DNA of 63,785 nt, the filler included. It is 4 parts of 4 records of this genome, joined end to end, with 100 filler letters (N's around TTAATTAATTAA, not from the genome) between each part and the next. Parts side by side here need not be neighbours in the genome. Positions count along the whole stretch, not along the records: positions 1 to 15,731 come from SRR31156797_15282; positions 15,832 to 43,340 come from SRR31156797_15299; 2 more parts are not named here. The stretch is one strand, 5' to 3'. Both the position numbers and the translations under genes were made by a program. Positions within the stretch are counted from its first letter, which is position 1. Each line of letters starts with the position of its first letter. Under the pieces are notes generated by a model. The model saw only the letters and a list, made by a program, of their open reading frames with translations, was not told the DNA's origin and searched no databases. Shown piece by piece: positions 11,097 to 21,925 of the stretch.

Positions 11097-12548
11097 TTAC
11101 AATGCTTTAATTTCTTCAATTAGTTTTTGAAGAGAATCTTTCGCATTACCAAATAGCATTCTGGTATTTTCTGCATAGAATAATCCATTCTCAATTGCAG
11201 CGTATCCTTTACCCATACCACGCTTCATTACAATCACGTTTTTAGCATTACCTGCTTTAATAATAGGCATACCATAAATTGGGCTTGAAGGATCTTCTTC
11301 AGCAGCCGGGTTCACAACATCATTTGCTCCAATTACAACGGCCACATCTGTTGATGACATTTCTTCACTGGCATCTTTCTCTTCAATAAGCTTTTCATAA
11401 GGCACATCTGCTTCTGCTAAAAGCACATTCATGTGTCCTGGCATACGTCCTGCTACTGAATGAATTCCGAATTTAACTTCAACTCCATTTGATTCAAGCA
11501 ACTTGGACATTTCATTTACTAAATGTTGCGCTTGAGCTACAGCCAATCCATATCCAGGAATTACATATACTTTACTTGAATAGTTTAATAAAACAGCGGC
11601 ATCACTTAGCGAAATCTCTTTCACAGTTCCACCTTCTTGTCCTACAGATGCTCCGCCTCCTCCAAATGATCCAATAATTACATTCAACAAAGAACGGTTC
11701 ATTGCACGACACATTAGAATTGTTAGAATAGTACCTGCAGATCCAACTAAAATACCACCGGTAAGCATTGCCTGGTTATCATATAAAAATCCTCCCATTG
11801 CAGCAGCTACACCAGTAAATGAGTTTAGCAAGGAAATTACAACAGGCATGTCAGCTCCGCCAATTGGCATCACAAATGAAATACCGTAGATTAAACTTAT
11901 TGCAAGCATAATATAGATTATTGGCATCATTTCTTGTGGCACAACATCACCCTGAGTCATTATAAATACAATGAAACCAATTAATACAATTAAGAAAATT
12001 AGGTTTACCACTCTGAGGAATGGTGCTCTAATATCACCTACTTTGCCATCTAATTTTCCAAATGCGATCATACTACCAGCAAATGAGACACTACCGATCA
12101 TTAATCCTAAAAGAATGGCCAAAACCTCTCCGGTTCCCATTGCTGCAGTAGTTCCTCCATGTGCAAGATGCGGAAACTCCATTAATGAAATCAATGCAGC
12201 ACTGGCACCTCCCATTCCATTGAAAAATGAAACAAGCTGAGGCATAGCTGTCATTTTAACCTTTACAGCAATAGCCCAACCTATCACAGTTCCAACTGCA
12301 ATAGCTACAAGTATAAGTGGAATATTACCGATGGGTTTACCATCCATTTCATGAAGGGTAATAGTTGCTATAATGGCCATTACCATACCAACTGCAGCCC
12401 AAAGATTACCTTTTTTAGCTGATTTTGGGCTACTTAACATCTTTAATCCAATAATGAATAATACGGATGCAATTACATAAATCAATTCAAGTAAAGCATC
12501 GCCTAATGTAAAAGATATATTTTGAGTAAGTTGAAATACTTTATCCAT
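11097..12548 (-). CDS. pntB: NAD(P) transhydrogenase subunit beta
   Basis: MPQLVS.FNG.GG, GGADMPV, GYGLAVAQAQ, AGRMPGHMNV, GANDVVN. Confidence 0.95.
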   Translation of the reverse strand: MDKVFQLTQNISFTLGDALLELIYVIASVLFIIGLKMLSSPKSAKKGNLWAAVGMVMAIIATITLHEMDGKPIGNIPLILVAIAVGTVIGWAIAVKVKMTAMPQLVSFFNGMGGASAALISLMEFPHLAHGGTTAAMGTGEVLAILLGLMIGSVSFAGSMIAFGKLDGKVGDIRAPFLRVVNLIFLIVLIGFIVFIMTQGDVVPQEMMPIIYIMLAISLIYGISFVMPIGGADMPVVISLLNSFTGVAAAMGGFLYDNQAMLTGGILVGSAGTILTILMCRAMNRSLLNVIIGSFGGGGASVGQEGGTVKEISLSDAAVLLNYSSKVYVIPGYGLAVAQAQHLVNEMSKLLESNGVEVKFGIHSVAGRMPGHMNVLLAEADVPYEKLIEEKDASEEMSSTDVAVVIGANDVVNPAAEEDPSSPIYGMPIIKAGNAKNVIVMKRGMGKGYAAIENGLFYAENTRMLFGNAKDSLQKLIEEIKAL

Positions 12549-12590
12549 ATCTGTAATTTTTACTTTATTATTATAGTAGACAATGCCCTA

Positions 12591-12902
12591 CTATTGTTTC
12601 TTTTTCTTTTTATTAAACATCTCCAGCATTCGATCTGTAACCACAAATCCTCCTACCACATTCAATGTTCCAAGCACAACTGCTAAGAAACCAAGAATAA
12701 TGGCAACAGTATTATCTGCATGACCCATCACAATGATGGCCCCAATAATTACAACACCGTGAATTGCGTTTGCACCTGACATTAATGGTGTATGCAATAC
12801 AGCTGGCACATTACTAATTACTTCAATTCCTAAAAATATGGAAAGTACAATGATAAAAATTGCTTCCCTGTAGGTATAGAAAAATTCAAAAATTGCTTCC
12901 AT
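12591..12902 (-). CDS. pntA: NAD(P) transhydrogenase alpha subunit, membrane part (PntAb)
   Basis: LHTPLMSGANAIHG and NVVGGFVVTDRML. Confidence 0.93.
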   Translation of the reverse strand: MEAIFEFFYTYREAIFIIVLSIFLGIEVISNVPAVLHTPLMSGANAIHGVVIIGAIIVMGHADNTVAIILGFLAVVLGTLNVVGGFVVTDRMLEMFNKKKKKQ

Positions 12903-12907
12903 ATCAT

Positions 12908-14035
12908 TTAGTTTTTATATGCGTTTTTAATTCTTTCACTAATTAACTCACCCTTATGTGTTACGGTAGTTCCCACGACAATATCATCTTCAAAATTAAT
13001 ATTCAATGCATTATCATCAGCAGTAATAATTTCAAGGAAATTAATGACATTGTTTCCAAACATTCTGGATGCATCAACCGGCTTTTCTGAAGCCAGCAAT
13101 GAATTTCCAACAATTGTAACTCCTTTATGATTAATTACCTTGTTATCTTCTGTTAAGTCTGTATTGCCTCCACTAGAAGCTGCAATATCAATAATAACAG
13201 ACCCCGGTTTCATTTGCTCGATAGACTCTTTTGTGATCAATTTTGGAGCAGGTTTACCAGGAATTTGAGCAGTGGTAAAAATAATATCTGATTTAATGGC
13301 ATGCTCCTGAATAACAGCTTGTTGCTTTTTCTTAAACTCTTCTGTTTGCTCTACTGCATAACCGCCGGCATCTTTATCGTCTTTAGCTCCTTCTACTTCA
13401 ACGAACTTTCCTCCTAAAGACTGAACTTCCTCTTTGACCGCTGCACGTACATCAAATACTTCGACAACAGCGCCAAGCTTGCGCGCTGTACCAATAGCCT
13501 GAAGGCCAGCCACACCAGCACCGATAATCAACATTTTTGATGGTTTGATGGTACCAGCAGCCGACATAAACATTGGGAAAAACTTAGGTAATCGTTGTGC
13601 AGCTTCTAATACAGCCTGGTAACCGGCAACAGTTGCCATTGAAGACAGAATATCCATGGCTTGTGCTCTGGTTGTACGAGGTAAATTATCCAGACTAATC
13701 AGGGTAACCCCCTTATCCTTCAATTTCATTACCATATCCTTATTAACCAAAGGATTATATACACCAACCAAGACATGTTTATCGTTTAAGGAATCAAATT
13801 CCTTCTCATCGAGCGGATGAATAGACAACAGCAATTCTGCTTGTTTGATAATATCGGCACGGCCAGTTTTAGTTGCGCCTGCTTCGGTATAATCCGAATC
13901 ACCTGCAAAAGCTTTTGCTCCTGCATCAGACTCAAATAAAACTTCATGACCTTTTTTGACCAGTTTTTGAACAGCTTCCGGCAAAAGCGCCACTCTGTTT
14001 TCAAAATCAGGTTCTTTTAAAAGCCCTATTTTCAT
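12908..14035 (-). CDS. pntA: NAD(P) transhydrogenase alpha subunit, soluble domain I (PntAa)
   Basis: ENRVAL.P, RAQAMDILSS, GAGVAGL, GGYA and TAQIPGKPAP. Confidence 0.93.
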   Translation of the reverse strand: MKIGLLKEPDFENRVALLPEAVQKLVKKGHEVLFESDAGAKAFAGDSDYTEAGATKTGRADIIKQAELLLSIHPLDEKEFDSLNDKHVLVGVYNPLVNKDMVMKLKDKGVTLISLDNLPRTTRAQAMDILSSMATVAGYQAVLEAAQRLPKFFPMFMSAAGTIKPSKMLIIGAGVAGLQAIGTARKLGAVVEVFDVRAAVKEEVQSLGGKFVEVEGAKDDKDAGGYAVEQTEEFKKKQQAVIQEHAIKSDIIFTTAQIPGKPAPKLITKESIEQMKPGSVIIDIAASSGGNTDLTEDNKVINHKGVTIVGNSLLASEKPVDASRMFGNNVINFLEIITADDNALNINFEDDIVVGTTVTHKGELISERIKNAYKN

Positions 14036-14221
14036 AATGATTTTCTTTTATACTGCTTGTAACCCGAGTACAAACAGATGAGTTTGACAAAACGTTAATT
14101 CATGTTACACTATTGAACAGCCTAAATATGAAATTGTTGAGTGATTTTTACAATCTACAGCCGAAAAATTGCTAAATACAACAAAACCAATAAGTAAGTG
14201 TTATCAAAACAAAAAATATTT

Positions 14222-14848
14222 ATGCAATATCATAAAGGTAAAGACTATCAAAATAAGGCTTTGCGCAAGGAGGATTTAAACAATAATCCAATAGTTTCTC
14301 TAAATCAATGGATTGATGAAGCCAAAAATTCTGGAATTGAGGATTATAATGCCTTTCATCTATCAACCTCAGATTCACAAGGTAATGTAAGCGGGCGAAT
14401 CGTTTTACTTAAGTCAATTGAGGATGAAAAGATTATTTTTTTTACTGATTATACAAGCAGAAAAGGTCAACAGATAGCTGAAAACAAAAATGTTGCAGCA
14501 ACTTTTTATTGGGGATCTTTGGAAAGGCAAATCCGTATTGAAGGAACAATTAAGAAAACAACATCAGTAATTAATGATGAATACTTCTCACAAAGACCAA
14601 AAGCATCTCAAGCAGCTGCCATAGTTAGTAAGCAGAGTAAGGTTGTTGCGAACAGAAAAGTACTGGAATCAAAATATACTGATATCCTTAAAAATAATGA
14701 TGAATTAGTTAGGCCAGACAATTGGGGAGGATATGCAATTACTATCAATTATATAGAATTTTGGCAAGGCAGACCGAATAGGTTGAATGACAGAATTGTT
14801 TTCTCTAAAACTAAAGCTAATTGGGGAAAATTCAGATTAGAGCCATAA
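14222..14848 (+). CDS. pdxH: pyridoxamine 5'-phosphate oxidase
   Basis: RIVLLK, SRKG, ERQIRIEG, WGGY, EFWQGR..RL.DR. ATG at 14222 preferred over GTG at 14198. Confidence 0.92.
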   Translation: MQYHKGKDYQNKALRKEDLNNNPIVSLNQWIDEAKNSGIEDYNAFHLSTSDSQGNVSGRIVLLKSIEDEKIIFFTDYTSRKGQQIAENKNVAATFYWGSLERQIRIEGTIKKTTSVINDEYFSQRPKASQAAAIVSKQSKVVANRKVLESKYTDILKNNDELVRPDNWGGYAITINYIEFWQGRPNRLNDRIVFSKTKANWGKFRLEP

Positions 14849-14875
14849 AAAAAAGCCCTCCAAAGAAGGGCTCTT
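14847..14875. terminator. terminator between convergent pdxH and the DUF3332 gene
   Basis: AGCCCT..AGGGCT hairpin preceded by an A-run. Confidence 0.65.
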
Positions 14876-14894
14876 AAATCGTGATTCTTACAAT

Positions 14895-15395
14895 CTATTC
14901 ATTTACGTATGCCGTTTTCTGATAAATTTCCTCGCCACTGGTACTGTAAGCAGTCAATTTATTACCATCAACAGTCATTAATTTAATTGTACCATCAGCA
15001 TTTGTTAGATACCAACTATTGTCTTCTTCATTAAAATTCAACGTTGCCTCTATCTTACTCTTATCATAAATAACAGCTCTATTTTCTTCCATTACAATAG
15101 TCATCATTTTACCATTGTATTTAATCTTATTTTCTCCTGCTTTTAAAGCCATTGGATTGTTTCCAGTCCAAAATTCGATAGTATTCAAAAAGATACCGTC
15201 AATAAAAAGTGAAACTTCATAAACTGGAATAATAACTAATCCAAGAAATACAGCTTCTTCAACAAATTTATTACCCAAAGAACCATTCCATTTGTGAATT
15301 TTGTTTGTTAAACCAAATGATCCGTAGCAACCCGATAAAGAAATCATCATAGCTGAAATCATTACGCCTAATAGTAATGTCTTAATTTTTTTCAT
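14895..15395 (-). CDS. DUF3332-like lipoprotein
   Basis: Lipobox LSGC followed by YGSFGLT...WN...N.IEFWTG.NP. Confidence 0.75.
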   Translation of the reverse strand: MKKIKTLLLGVMISAMMISLSGCYGSFGLTNKIHKWNGSLGNKFVEEAVFLGLVIIPVYEVSLFIDGIFLNTIEFWTGNNPMALKAGENKIKYNGKMMTIVMEENRAVIYDKSKIEATLNFNEEDNSWYLTNADGTIKLMTVDGNKLTAYSTSGEEIYQKTAYVNE

Positions 15396-15458
15396 AGAAT
15401 AAAGTTTTAGTTAATTTACCAACTAACCAAATAACAATGCATATAAAAAAAAGTTCAT

Positions 15459-15488
15459 AAAAAAAGCCTCTGTCTCCAGAGGCTTTTG
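15459..15488 (-). terminator. intrinsic terminator after ppdK
   Basis: AAAAGCCTCTG-tctc-CAGAGGCTTTT hairpin. Confidence 0.75.
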
Positions 15489-15509
15489 AAATATTTCGAA
15501 TGAATCGAA

Positions 15510-15731
15510 TTATCTAAGATTTGCCTGAGCAGCTGCTAAGCGAGCGATAGGCACGCGGAATGGAGAACATGAAACGTAATCCAAACCAGTTCTGTGACAG
15601 AACTCAACTGATGAAGGCTCACCACCGTGTTCACCACAAATACCTAGTTTAAGATTAGGATTAGTTGAACGACCTTTCTGGCATCCCATTTCTACTAATT
15701 GTCCAACACCTGTTTGGTCAAGTGCCTGGAA
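15510..15731 (-). CDS. ppdK: pyruvate phosphate dikinase, C-terminal fragment (cut by contig end)
   Basis: Manual translation: [73 protein letters not shown]. Confidence 0.92.
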   Translation of the reverse strand, partial: FQALDQTGVGQLVEMGCQKGRSTNPNLKLGICGEHGGEPSSVEFCHRTGLDYVSCSPFRVPIARLAAAQANLR

Positions 15732-15831
15732 NNNNNNNNNNNNNNNNNNNNNNNNNNNNNNNNNNNNNNNNNNNNTTAATTAATTAANNNNNNNNNNNNN
15801 NNNNNNNNNNNNNNNNNNNNNNNNNNNNNNN
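15732..15831. other. artificial contig junction (N-run with TTAATTAATTAA linker)
   Basis: 100-nt N block with an all-frame stop linker; gene truncated at the edge. Confidence 0.97.
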
Positions 15832-16012
15832 ATGATTAGAGCCGTAAAAGTTTGTCTCTTGACAAGTTTTTATGGCTTTGATTTTTGCTTTCTCCCAATT
15901 ACCACAAGGTGAAATCTGTACCAGTAAAATTTATTCAGAATAATTATTTGCGTACCTGCACTCCGACATGAAAAATGTTTTGCTAACTTGGGAAACAACA
16001 GGCAATTTTTCT

Positions 16013-16594
16013 ATGGATAAAACGAATAAAATAATAAAAAGTATTGACTCAATCATCTCTCTGACCAATGAGGAATTAGTGGAATTCTGCAGTTCTTTTG
16101 AATTGAAAACACTCAAAAAAAATGAGTTTTTTTTAGAGGCAGGTCAGGTATGCACTTCCATCGGCTTTGTGAATCATGGAGCGATGATTTATTTTAAATC
16201 TATGGAGAATGGCGATGAAAAAACAACCGACTTTGCTTTTGAAGGAGATTGGGTCACAATTAATCAGAGCCGCTTGAATAATTCTCCATCATTAGTTAGT
16301 ATTAAGGCAATTGAGAACTCTGAATTGCTTGTAATTAAACAAGAAGATTTGTGCAACTTGTATGTTAAAATTCCTAAAATAGAGCGACTTGGCAGGATAT
16401 TAATGGAACAAGCATACTTAAAAATTGCCGGACAGAGTATAGATTTGCAGGTACTTACGGCCACTGAGCGGTATAAGAAAATGCTTTGCCAATATCCTGA
16501 AATATTTCAAAGGGTACAGCTTTATCATATAGCCAATTATTTAGGTGTAGCTCCAAAATCCTTAAGCCGAATTCGCAAGGAACTATTTGAGTAA
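16013..16594 (+). CDS. Crp/Fnr-family transcriptional regulator
   Basis: cNMP-binding domain plus IANYLGVAPKSLSRIR HTH. ATG at 16013 preferred. Confidence 0.88.
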   Translation: MDKTNKIIKSIDSIISLTNEELVEFCSSFELKTLKKNEFFLEAGQVCTSIGFVNHGAMIYFKSMENGDEKTTDFAFEGDWVTINQSRLNNSPSLVSIKAIENSELLVIKQEDLCNLYVKIPKIERLGRILMEQAYLKIAGQSIDLQVLTATERYKKMLCQYPEIFQRVQLYHIANYLGVAPKSLSRIRKELFE

Positions 16595-16674
16595 TGTAAA
16601 TTGGTAACAAATGTGGAGTAGTTGAGCCTTATAGGAGATTTACTTTTGTATCGTAAATAGATAAACTTTAGGAT

Positions 16675-17295
16675 ATGAAAAAGCAATTTTTTATTTGGGC
16701 CTTAACAATGGCTTTAGCTACAACAATTTCTGCACAAACAAATTTAATAAGGGATACTTCTGAAAATCAAACTCAGTACTCACAATCCCTTAGGGTAAAG
16801 AATAGACAAACTGTTGGTGTAGCCATTGATTTACTTCCCCCGATTATGAGTGCGACAACGGGTAATTTTGGATACTCAGCTCAATTGTGGTATGGCTACA
16901 AAAAATTTCGTTTTCGAGGTGTAATCGCTGGATTTCAAATGCCAGACAAGTTGATGGGAAATGATGATTTCCTGAATTTGAAAACAACTGCCACTGCTTT
17001 AATAATAGATTACTTTAAAGATGACAACTTTAAGGGATGGTGGTATGGTATTGGATGCGAAATGTGGAAAAATACCATTACATCAAAACTTGATAACAAC
17101 AATTACAATTTCAACGACTATGTGATAACCGCAGGCGGTGGTTATATTGTTAAGGTGTATAAAAACTTCTATGTAGAACCATGGGGAGCAGTGCACTGTG
17201 TACTAAACAACGAAAAAGTGAATGTTGGTGCCACTACATACAGTAGCAAAAAATTTCAAGCTGAGGTATCCCTAAAAGTCGGATGGCATTTTTGA
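16675..17295 (+). CDS. exported hypothetical protein, probable outer-membrane beta-barrel
   Basis: Signal peptide, alternating aromatic strands, C-terminal VGWHF; TACTTTTG (-7 box) at 16641. Confidence 0.55.
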   Translation: MKKQFFIWALTMALATTISAQTNLIRDTSENQTQYSQSLRVKNRQTVGVAIDLLPPIMSATTGNFGYSAQLWYGYKKFRFRGVIAGFQMPDKLMGNDDFLNLKTTATALIIDYFKDDNFKGWWYGIGCEMWKNTITSKLDNNNYNFNDYVITAGGGYIVKVYKNFYVEPWGAVHCVLNNEKVNVGATTYSSKKFQAEVSLKVGWHF

Positions 17296-17493
17296 TGAAC
17301 AAGTCTGAGTGATGTCCCACATAGTCCAAGTATTCACAAGCCAAAGCTAGCGCGAGGATTTTGCTTGTGCTCTGTGAAAGCAGAGTAGGTATTTATAAAA
17401 GCTTCCTCAATTGTCACAGGTCTATGACTTGCAGCAGTTGGGCGGTTACATTTTTTCTGCAACACCAAGTGTTTCATCAATACTATTGCATAA

Positions 17494-17524
17494 AAAAGAT
17501 CGCCAGTTTTGGCGATCTTTTTTG
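17494..17524. terminator. bidirectional intrinsic terminator
   Basis: AAAAAAGATCGCCA-gttt-TGGCGATCTTTTTT. Confidence 0.8.
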
Positions 17525-17541
17525 TATATCGAATTGATTTC

Positions 17542-17997
17542 TTATTTCGGAATTTTATAGTAGATTTTGTTTACCATTTTCCAGCCATTTGGAAATTTGT
17601 AAAGGGAGATATAATCTACGTAAGTCAATTTTTTGCCAACAAAGAATTGGATTTTTGCAACAGCGGCATTGCCTGTAATATCAATATTCTCAAACTTCAC
17701 ACTCACTTTTTTATCGCCAGTGCGAGGAAATTTGCCATCAGCTTTCTTCTTTTTGGTTTTCTCTTTCCATTTGTCAATAGGCAGGCTCCACATTTTGTTT
17801 TCTTCGCCAATGCCTATTAATCTAAAATCTGGATGGATACCAGAATCGATCTTCTCCAGGTCACCTTCGTTTTGCAAACCGTCAACATAAGCCGTTTGAA
17901 TGGTTTTTTGGATTGCTTTTTTGTCTTCTTCTACATTTTGTGCACTCAATTGAAAGCAAAATGCGATAACACTACATAAAAGGACTAATTTTTTCAT
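17542..17997 (-). CDS. exported NTF2-like (putative lumazine-binding family) protein
   Basis: Signal peptide; IDITGNAAVAK...YVDYISLYK...GWKMVNKIY. Confidence 0.75.
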   Translation of the reverse strand: MKKLVLLCSVIAFCFQLSAQNVEEDKKAIQKTIQTAYVDGLQNEGDLEKIDSGIHPDFRLIGIGEENKMWSLPIDKWKEKTKKKKADGKFPRTGDKKVSVKFENIDITGNAAVAKIQFFVGKKLTYVDYISLYKFPNGWKMVNKIYYKIPK

Positions 17998-18267
17998 TTC
18001 TTGGGGGTTTAGAATGATTATTGTTCGAGAATGTGACAGGTGAGTTTGGTTTAATGGTGCATGCTTAAATGGTACGAGTAAATATAAATTAAAATGGATA
18101 AAGTATCAAGTTTCGTTAAAATATTCAGGCTAATTCGAAAAGTATATTATTAGTAAGAAAGAAATTTATCGATTGATATCGTGATATTTATGATTTCATA
18201 TGAAGTTTTTTGCATTTGTAATTTTGAACTTCAATACTTAAATTTAGAAGGCATAAGATTCATTTAC

Positions 18268-20331
18268 ATGAAATACATCTCCCTATTAATTTTACTAGCT
18301 TTCCTATTGGGCTGTAAGGATGAAGAACAGCTAAGTTTTTTAAGCAATAATGAAAAAGAATGGTTGTTGGTAAATGGAGATTCCCTTAGGGTTGCGCAAG
18401 ATCCGCTTTATGCACCTCTTGATTATATAAATGATAAGGGGGAGGTAATTGGCATCTCGAATGATTACTTGTCTTTAATAGAGGATAAGTTGAATATAGA
18501 ATTTATCAAGCTTCATGAGGAGAGTTTGGATGCCAATCTTAAATTGATAAAGAACAAGCATGTTGAGATTGCCACTTCTCTATCGAAAACTCCCCAGCGT
18601 AGTGAATACTTAATTTTTACCGAAGCCTATTTTGAATCTCCTGTTGTTATTGTTAGTAATTCGGATAAATTGTTGACTGTAGCTGATCTCTATGATAAAA
18701 AGGTGAGTGTAAGTTATAAGTTTGCTGTGCATGAATATTTGGAGAGAACTTATCCTGATTTAAAACTGGATTTGGTATTGGATGATTTGGAAGGCTTAAA
18801 AAAGTTGGTTTTTGATGAAACAGATGTCATGATTTTAGATTTGGCTTCCGCATCCTTTCATCTGGAAAACCTTGGTATAGTAAAGCTTCATGTGGCAGGT
18901 AATATTGATTTTACCTACCGAATTGCCATGGGCGTAAGAGATGATATGCCAATATTGCGAGCTATTTTGGATAAAACCATTGCTGCAATTAGTAGGAGTG
19001 AGAAGAATAAAATTAGAAAAGAGTGGGTGTTTTTATCGACTCGTGAATTTTGGGAGCGTAGAAATTTTTGGTATTGGATAGGCAGTGCTGCTCTTCTGGT
19101 AATGGTGGTTTTTTCAATTTTATTTGTTTTCAATAAGAGATTGCAGAGATTAGTAATAAAGCGAACTGCAGAGTTGAATAAAGAACTTTCTCATCGATTA
19201 GTTGCAGAAAGTGCTTTGAAAGATAGCGAGGCTCGGTATAGAATAGTGGCAGAGCAAAGAGGTCAAATTGTGTACGACTACAATTTACTGGATGATAGTG
19301 TGTTGTGGTCTGGAGATCTGGAAAATACGATTGGTTCAACGACTAAAGAATACGAGTCTATCACAATTAAGGATTGGGAGAAGTTTGTTCATCCTGATGA
19401 TGTGGATAATGCAGTATCCACTTTGAATCACTCGATTTCCAAGGGTCAAGACTATGAAGTAATTTATAGATATCAGCATAAGAATGGTTCGTATGTTCCG
19501 ATTCATGATAAAGGAACTTTCTTAAAGGATGGATCAGGAAAAGCCTATAGAATGCTTGGAATTATGATTGACATATCGGCACAAATGGAGAGGGAAGAAC
19601 AGCTTAAAGAAGCAACGAAGGTTGCGAAGAATGCTGATCGCTTAAAAACACTGTTTTTGGCTAATATGTCGCATGAGATTAGGACCCCTATGAATAGTAT
19701 TGTTGGTTTTTCTTCTTTACTATCTTCACCTAAATTAACAAAGGAAAAACAGTTGAAATATTGTGATTTAATCCAAAGGAGTTCAGATTATTTACAAAGG
19801 ATAATTGATGATATCATGGATACATCCTTGATAGAAAGTGGACAATTAAAACTGTATGTTGAAGAAGTAGAAATAAGGGATTTAATCGAAACAATACGGG
19901 AGTTTTTTTCCAGCAACGATAAAATTAAGGGTGGACGAATCAGATTGCACTCGCAAATTGAACTCGATTTTCACGAGAGTATAGTCAAAACAGATAGAGT
20001 AAGACTGAAGCAAATTTTGATCAATTTAATTGGCAATGCTTGCAAATTTACTTCTGAAGGTGAGATTTTGATACATTGCTCATTAATAGATGAAGATTTT
20101 CTACAATTTAAAATTCAGGATTCAGGAGTTGGAATTCCAGGCGATCAAATTCCACACATATTCGATCGTTTCCTTCAGGTTGAATCTGAAAATCATGAGC
20201 ACAATAGTGGAACTGGTCTTGGTCTATCCATTTCGAAAGGTTTGGTAGAACTTTTAGGTGGGGAAATTTGGTGTGAGTCAACAGAGGGAGTTGGAACCAC
20301 TTTTTATTTTACACTACCTACTAACAGTTAA
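18268..20331 (+). CDS. sensor histidine kinase: solute-binding (PBPb) domain, TM, PAS, HisKA, HATPase
   Basis: DPLYAPLDY PBP motif, FLANMSHEIRTPMN H-box, NLIGNACKF, DSGVGI, GTGLGL. ATG at 18268 follows a TAATTTTG promoter box. Confidence 0.9.
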   Translation: MKYISLLILLAFLLGCKDEEQLSFLSNNEKEWLLVNGDSLRVAQDPLYAPLDYINDKGEVIGISNDYLSLIEDKLNIEFIKLHEESLDANLKLIKNKHVEIATSLSKTPQRSEYLIFTEAYFESPVVIVSNSDKLLTVADLYDKKVSVSYKFAVHEYLERTYPDLKLDLVLDDLEGLKKLVFDETDVMILDLASASFHLENLGIVKLHVAGNIDFTYRIAMGVRDDMPILRAILDKTIAAISRSEKNKIRKEWVFLSTREFWERRNFWYWIGSAALLVMVVFSILFVFNKRLQRLVIKRTAELNKELSHRLVAESALKDSEARYRIVAEQRGQIVYDYNLLDDSVLWSGDLENTIGSTTKEYESITIKDWEKFVHPDDVDNAVSTLNHSISKGQDYEVIYRYQHKNGSYVPIHDKGTFLKDGSGKAYRMLGIMIDISAQMEREEQLKEATKVAKNADRLKTLFLANMSHEIRTPMNSIVGFSSLLSSPKLTKEKQLKYCDLIQRSSDYLQRIIDDIMDTSLIESGQLKLYVEEVEIRDLIETIREFFSSNDKIKGGRIRLHSQIELDFHESIVKTDRVRLKQILINLIGNACKFTSEGEILIHCSLIDEDFLQFKIQDSGVGIPGDQIPHIFDRFLQVESENHEHNSGTGLGLSISKGLVELLGGEIWCESTEGVGTTFYFTLPTNS

Positions 20332-20414
20332 TTACATTATTTAAATGTAATTTTGCATTTCAAAATACTTAACAACCGTTTAAATAATCCATTTTATAAA
20401 TTGAAAGTTGTTTT

Positions 20415-21584
20415 ATGGTAAAGAAAATTTTACTGTTAGGCTCAGGAGAGTTAGGGAAAGAATTCGCAATTGCTGCTCAGCGATTGGGACAAAATGTTAT
20501 TGCAGTTGATAGTTATGCTGGAGCTCCAGCCATGCAAGTTGCGGATGCTTTTGAAGTGATAAACATGTTAGATGGAGATGCCCTGGATAGGATAGTAGCG
20601 AAGCATCAGCCTGATGTAATAGTGCCGGAGATTGAAGCCATTCGTACGGAACGTTTCTATGCTTATGAGGAAGAAGGAATTCAGGTTGTTCCGAGTGCAA
20701 AGGCGGCTAATTTTACGATGGACCGAAAAGCTATTCGAGATTTAGCAGCTAAGGACCTTGGGATTCGCACCGCAAAATATCTTTATGCAAAATCCTTAGA
20801 GGATATGTATATGGTTGTAGAAGAAGTGGGAATGCCTTGTGTGGTAAAACCTCTTATGTCTTCTTCGGGAAAAGGTCAATCGGTAATCAAATGTTACGAT
20901 GATATAGCCAAGGCATGGGATATTGCAGGATCGAAAGGTCGTGGAGATTCAGGTGATGTAATTGTTGAAGCTTTTGTGAAATTCACTTCAGAAATTACAT
21001 TGCTTACGGTTACTCAAAAAAATGGAACAACTCTATTTTGTCCTCCTATTGGACATGTTCAGGAACGTGGGGATTACCAGCAAAGTTGGCAACCAGCTTT
21101 AATTTCTGAGGAGGATGTGAAAGTGGCACAGGAAATGGCCGAAAAAGTTACGTCCGTTTTGGGTGGTAACGGACTTTGGGGTGTTGAGTTCTTTATTTGC
21201 GAAGATGGCGTGGTATTTTCTGAATTATCTCCTCGCCCGCATGATACTGGAATGGTAACGCTTGCAGGAACACAGAATTTTAGTGAGTTTGAATTGCATT
21301 GTCGTGCAGTTTTGGGCTTACCTATTTCTGAAATTACATTGGAAAGGGTAGGAGCAAGTGCTGTTATTTTAGCAGACAAGGAAGGTAGTAATCCCTACTT
21401 TGAAGGTGTTGAAAAAGCTGCAGCCTATTCAAAATCAGATTTACGCCTGTTTGGGAAACCAACAACAAGAGAATTTCGAAGAATGGGCATTACTTTAGCA
21501 TATAATACTATTGGTGAAAATGTTTTTTCATGCGTTGATCAAACTAAGGAAATGGCGAGGCATGTAAAAGTTAGGACCAATTAA
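20415..21584 (+). CDS. purT: formate-dependent phosphoribosylglycinamide formyltransferase
   Basis: [39 protein letters not shown]. Confidence 0.95.
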   Translation: MVKKILLLGSGELGKEFAIAAQRLGQNVIAVDSYAGAPAMQVADAFEVINMLDGDALDRIVAKHQPDVIVPEIEAIRTERFYAYEEEGIQVVPSAKAANFTMDRKAIRDLAAKDLGIRTAKYLYAKSLEDMYMVVEEVGMPCVVKPLMSSSGKGQSVIKCYDDIAKAWDIAGSKGRGDSGDVIVEAFVKFTSEITLLTVTQKNGTTLFCPPIGHVQERGDYQQSWQPALISEEDVKVAQEMAEKVTSVLGGNGLWGVEFFICEDGVVFSELSPRPHDTGMVTLAGTQNFSEFELHCRAVLGLPISEITLERVGASAVILADKEGSNPYFEGVEKAAAYSKSDLRLFGKPTTREFRRMGITLAYNTIGENVFSCVDQTKEMARHVKVRTN

Positions 21585-21602
21585 TCTCATTTAACAAAAG
21601 AC

Positions 21603-21640
21603 AAGCTCTTAGATCTGAAATTACAGACTAAGAGCTTTTT
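21603..21640 (+). terminator. terminator after purT
   Basis: AAGCTCTTAG...CTAAGAGCTT followed by a T-run. Confidence 0.7.
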
Positions 21641-21925
21641 CTGTAGAAATTTTCTAGAATATAAAAAGTTTTATAATTTGTATTTTTCTCATAAGTACTA
21701 GGTTAGCAGGCAGAAAGGTGATGTATGTATTGGTTTTAAGCCATTGAGAATTCAATGAAAATTATATTTCGTATGATTGCACATGAATTTTTAAGCTATT
21801 TGCATTGAAACGACCACCAATAAAAAAGAGTCGATGAAATTAATCACAGACTCTTTTAAGAAATAAATAATAGAATTTTTTTTTACAATCAGATGAATGG
21901 TATCGATTGTGAAATTTTAAGGCAT

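Noticed and set aside
11097-14035. Split pntA as a broken gene
   Set aside because: The three-subunit PntAa/PntAb/PntB arrangement is a well-known natural form.
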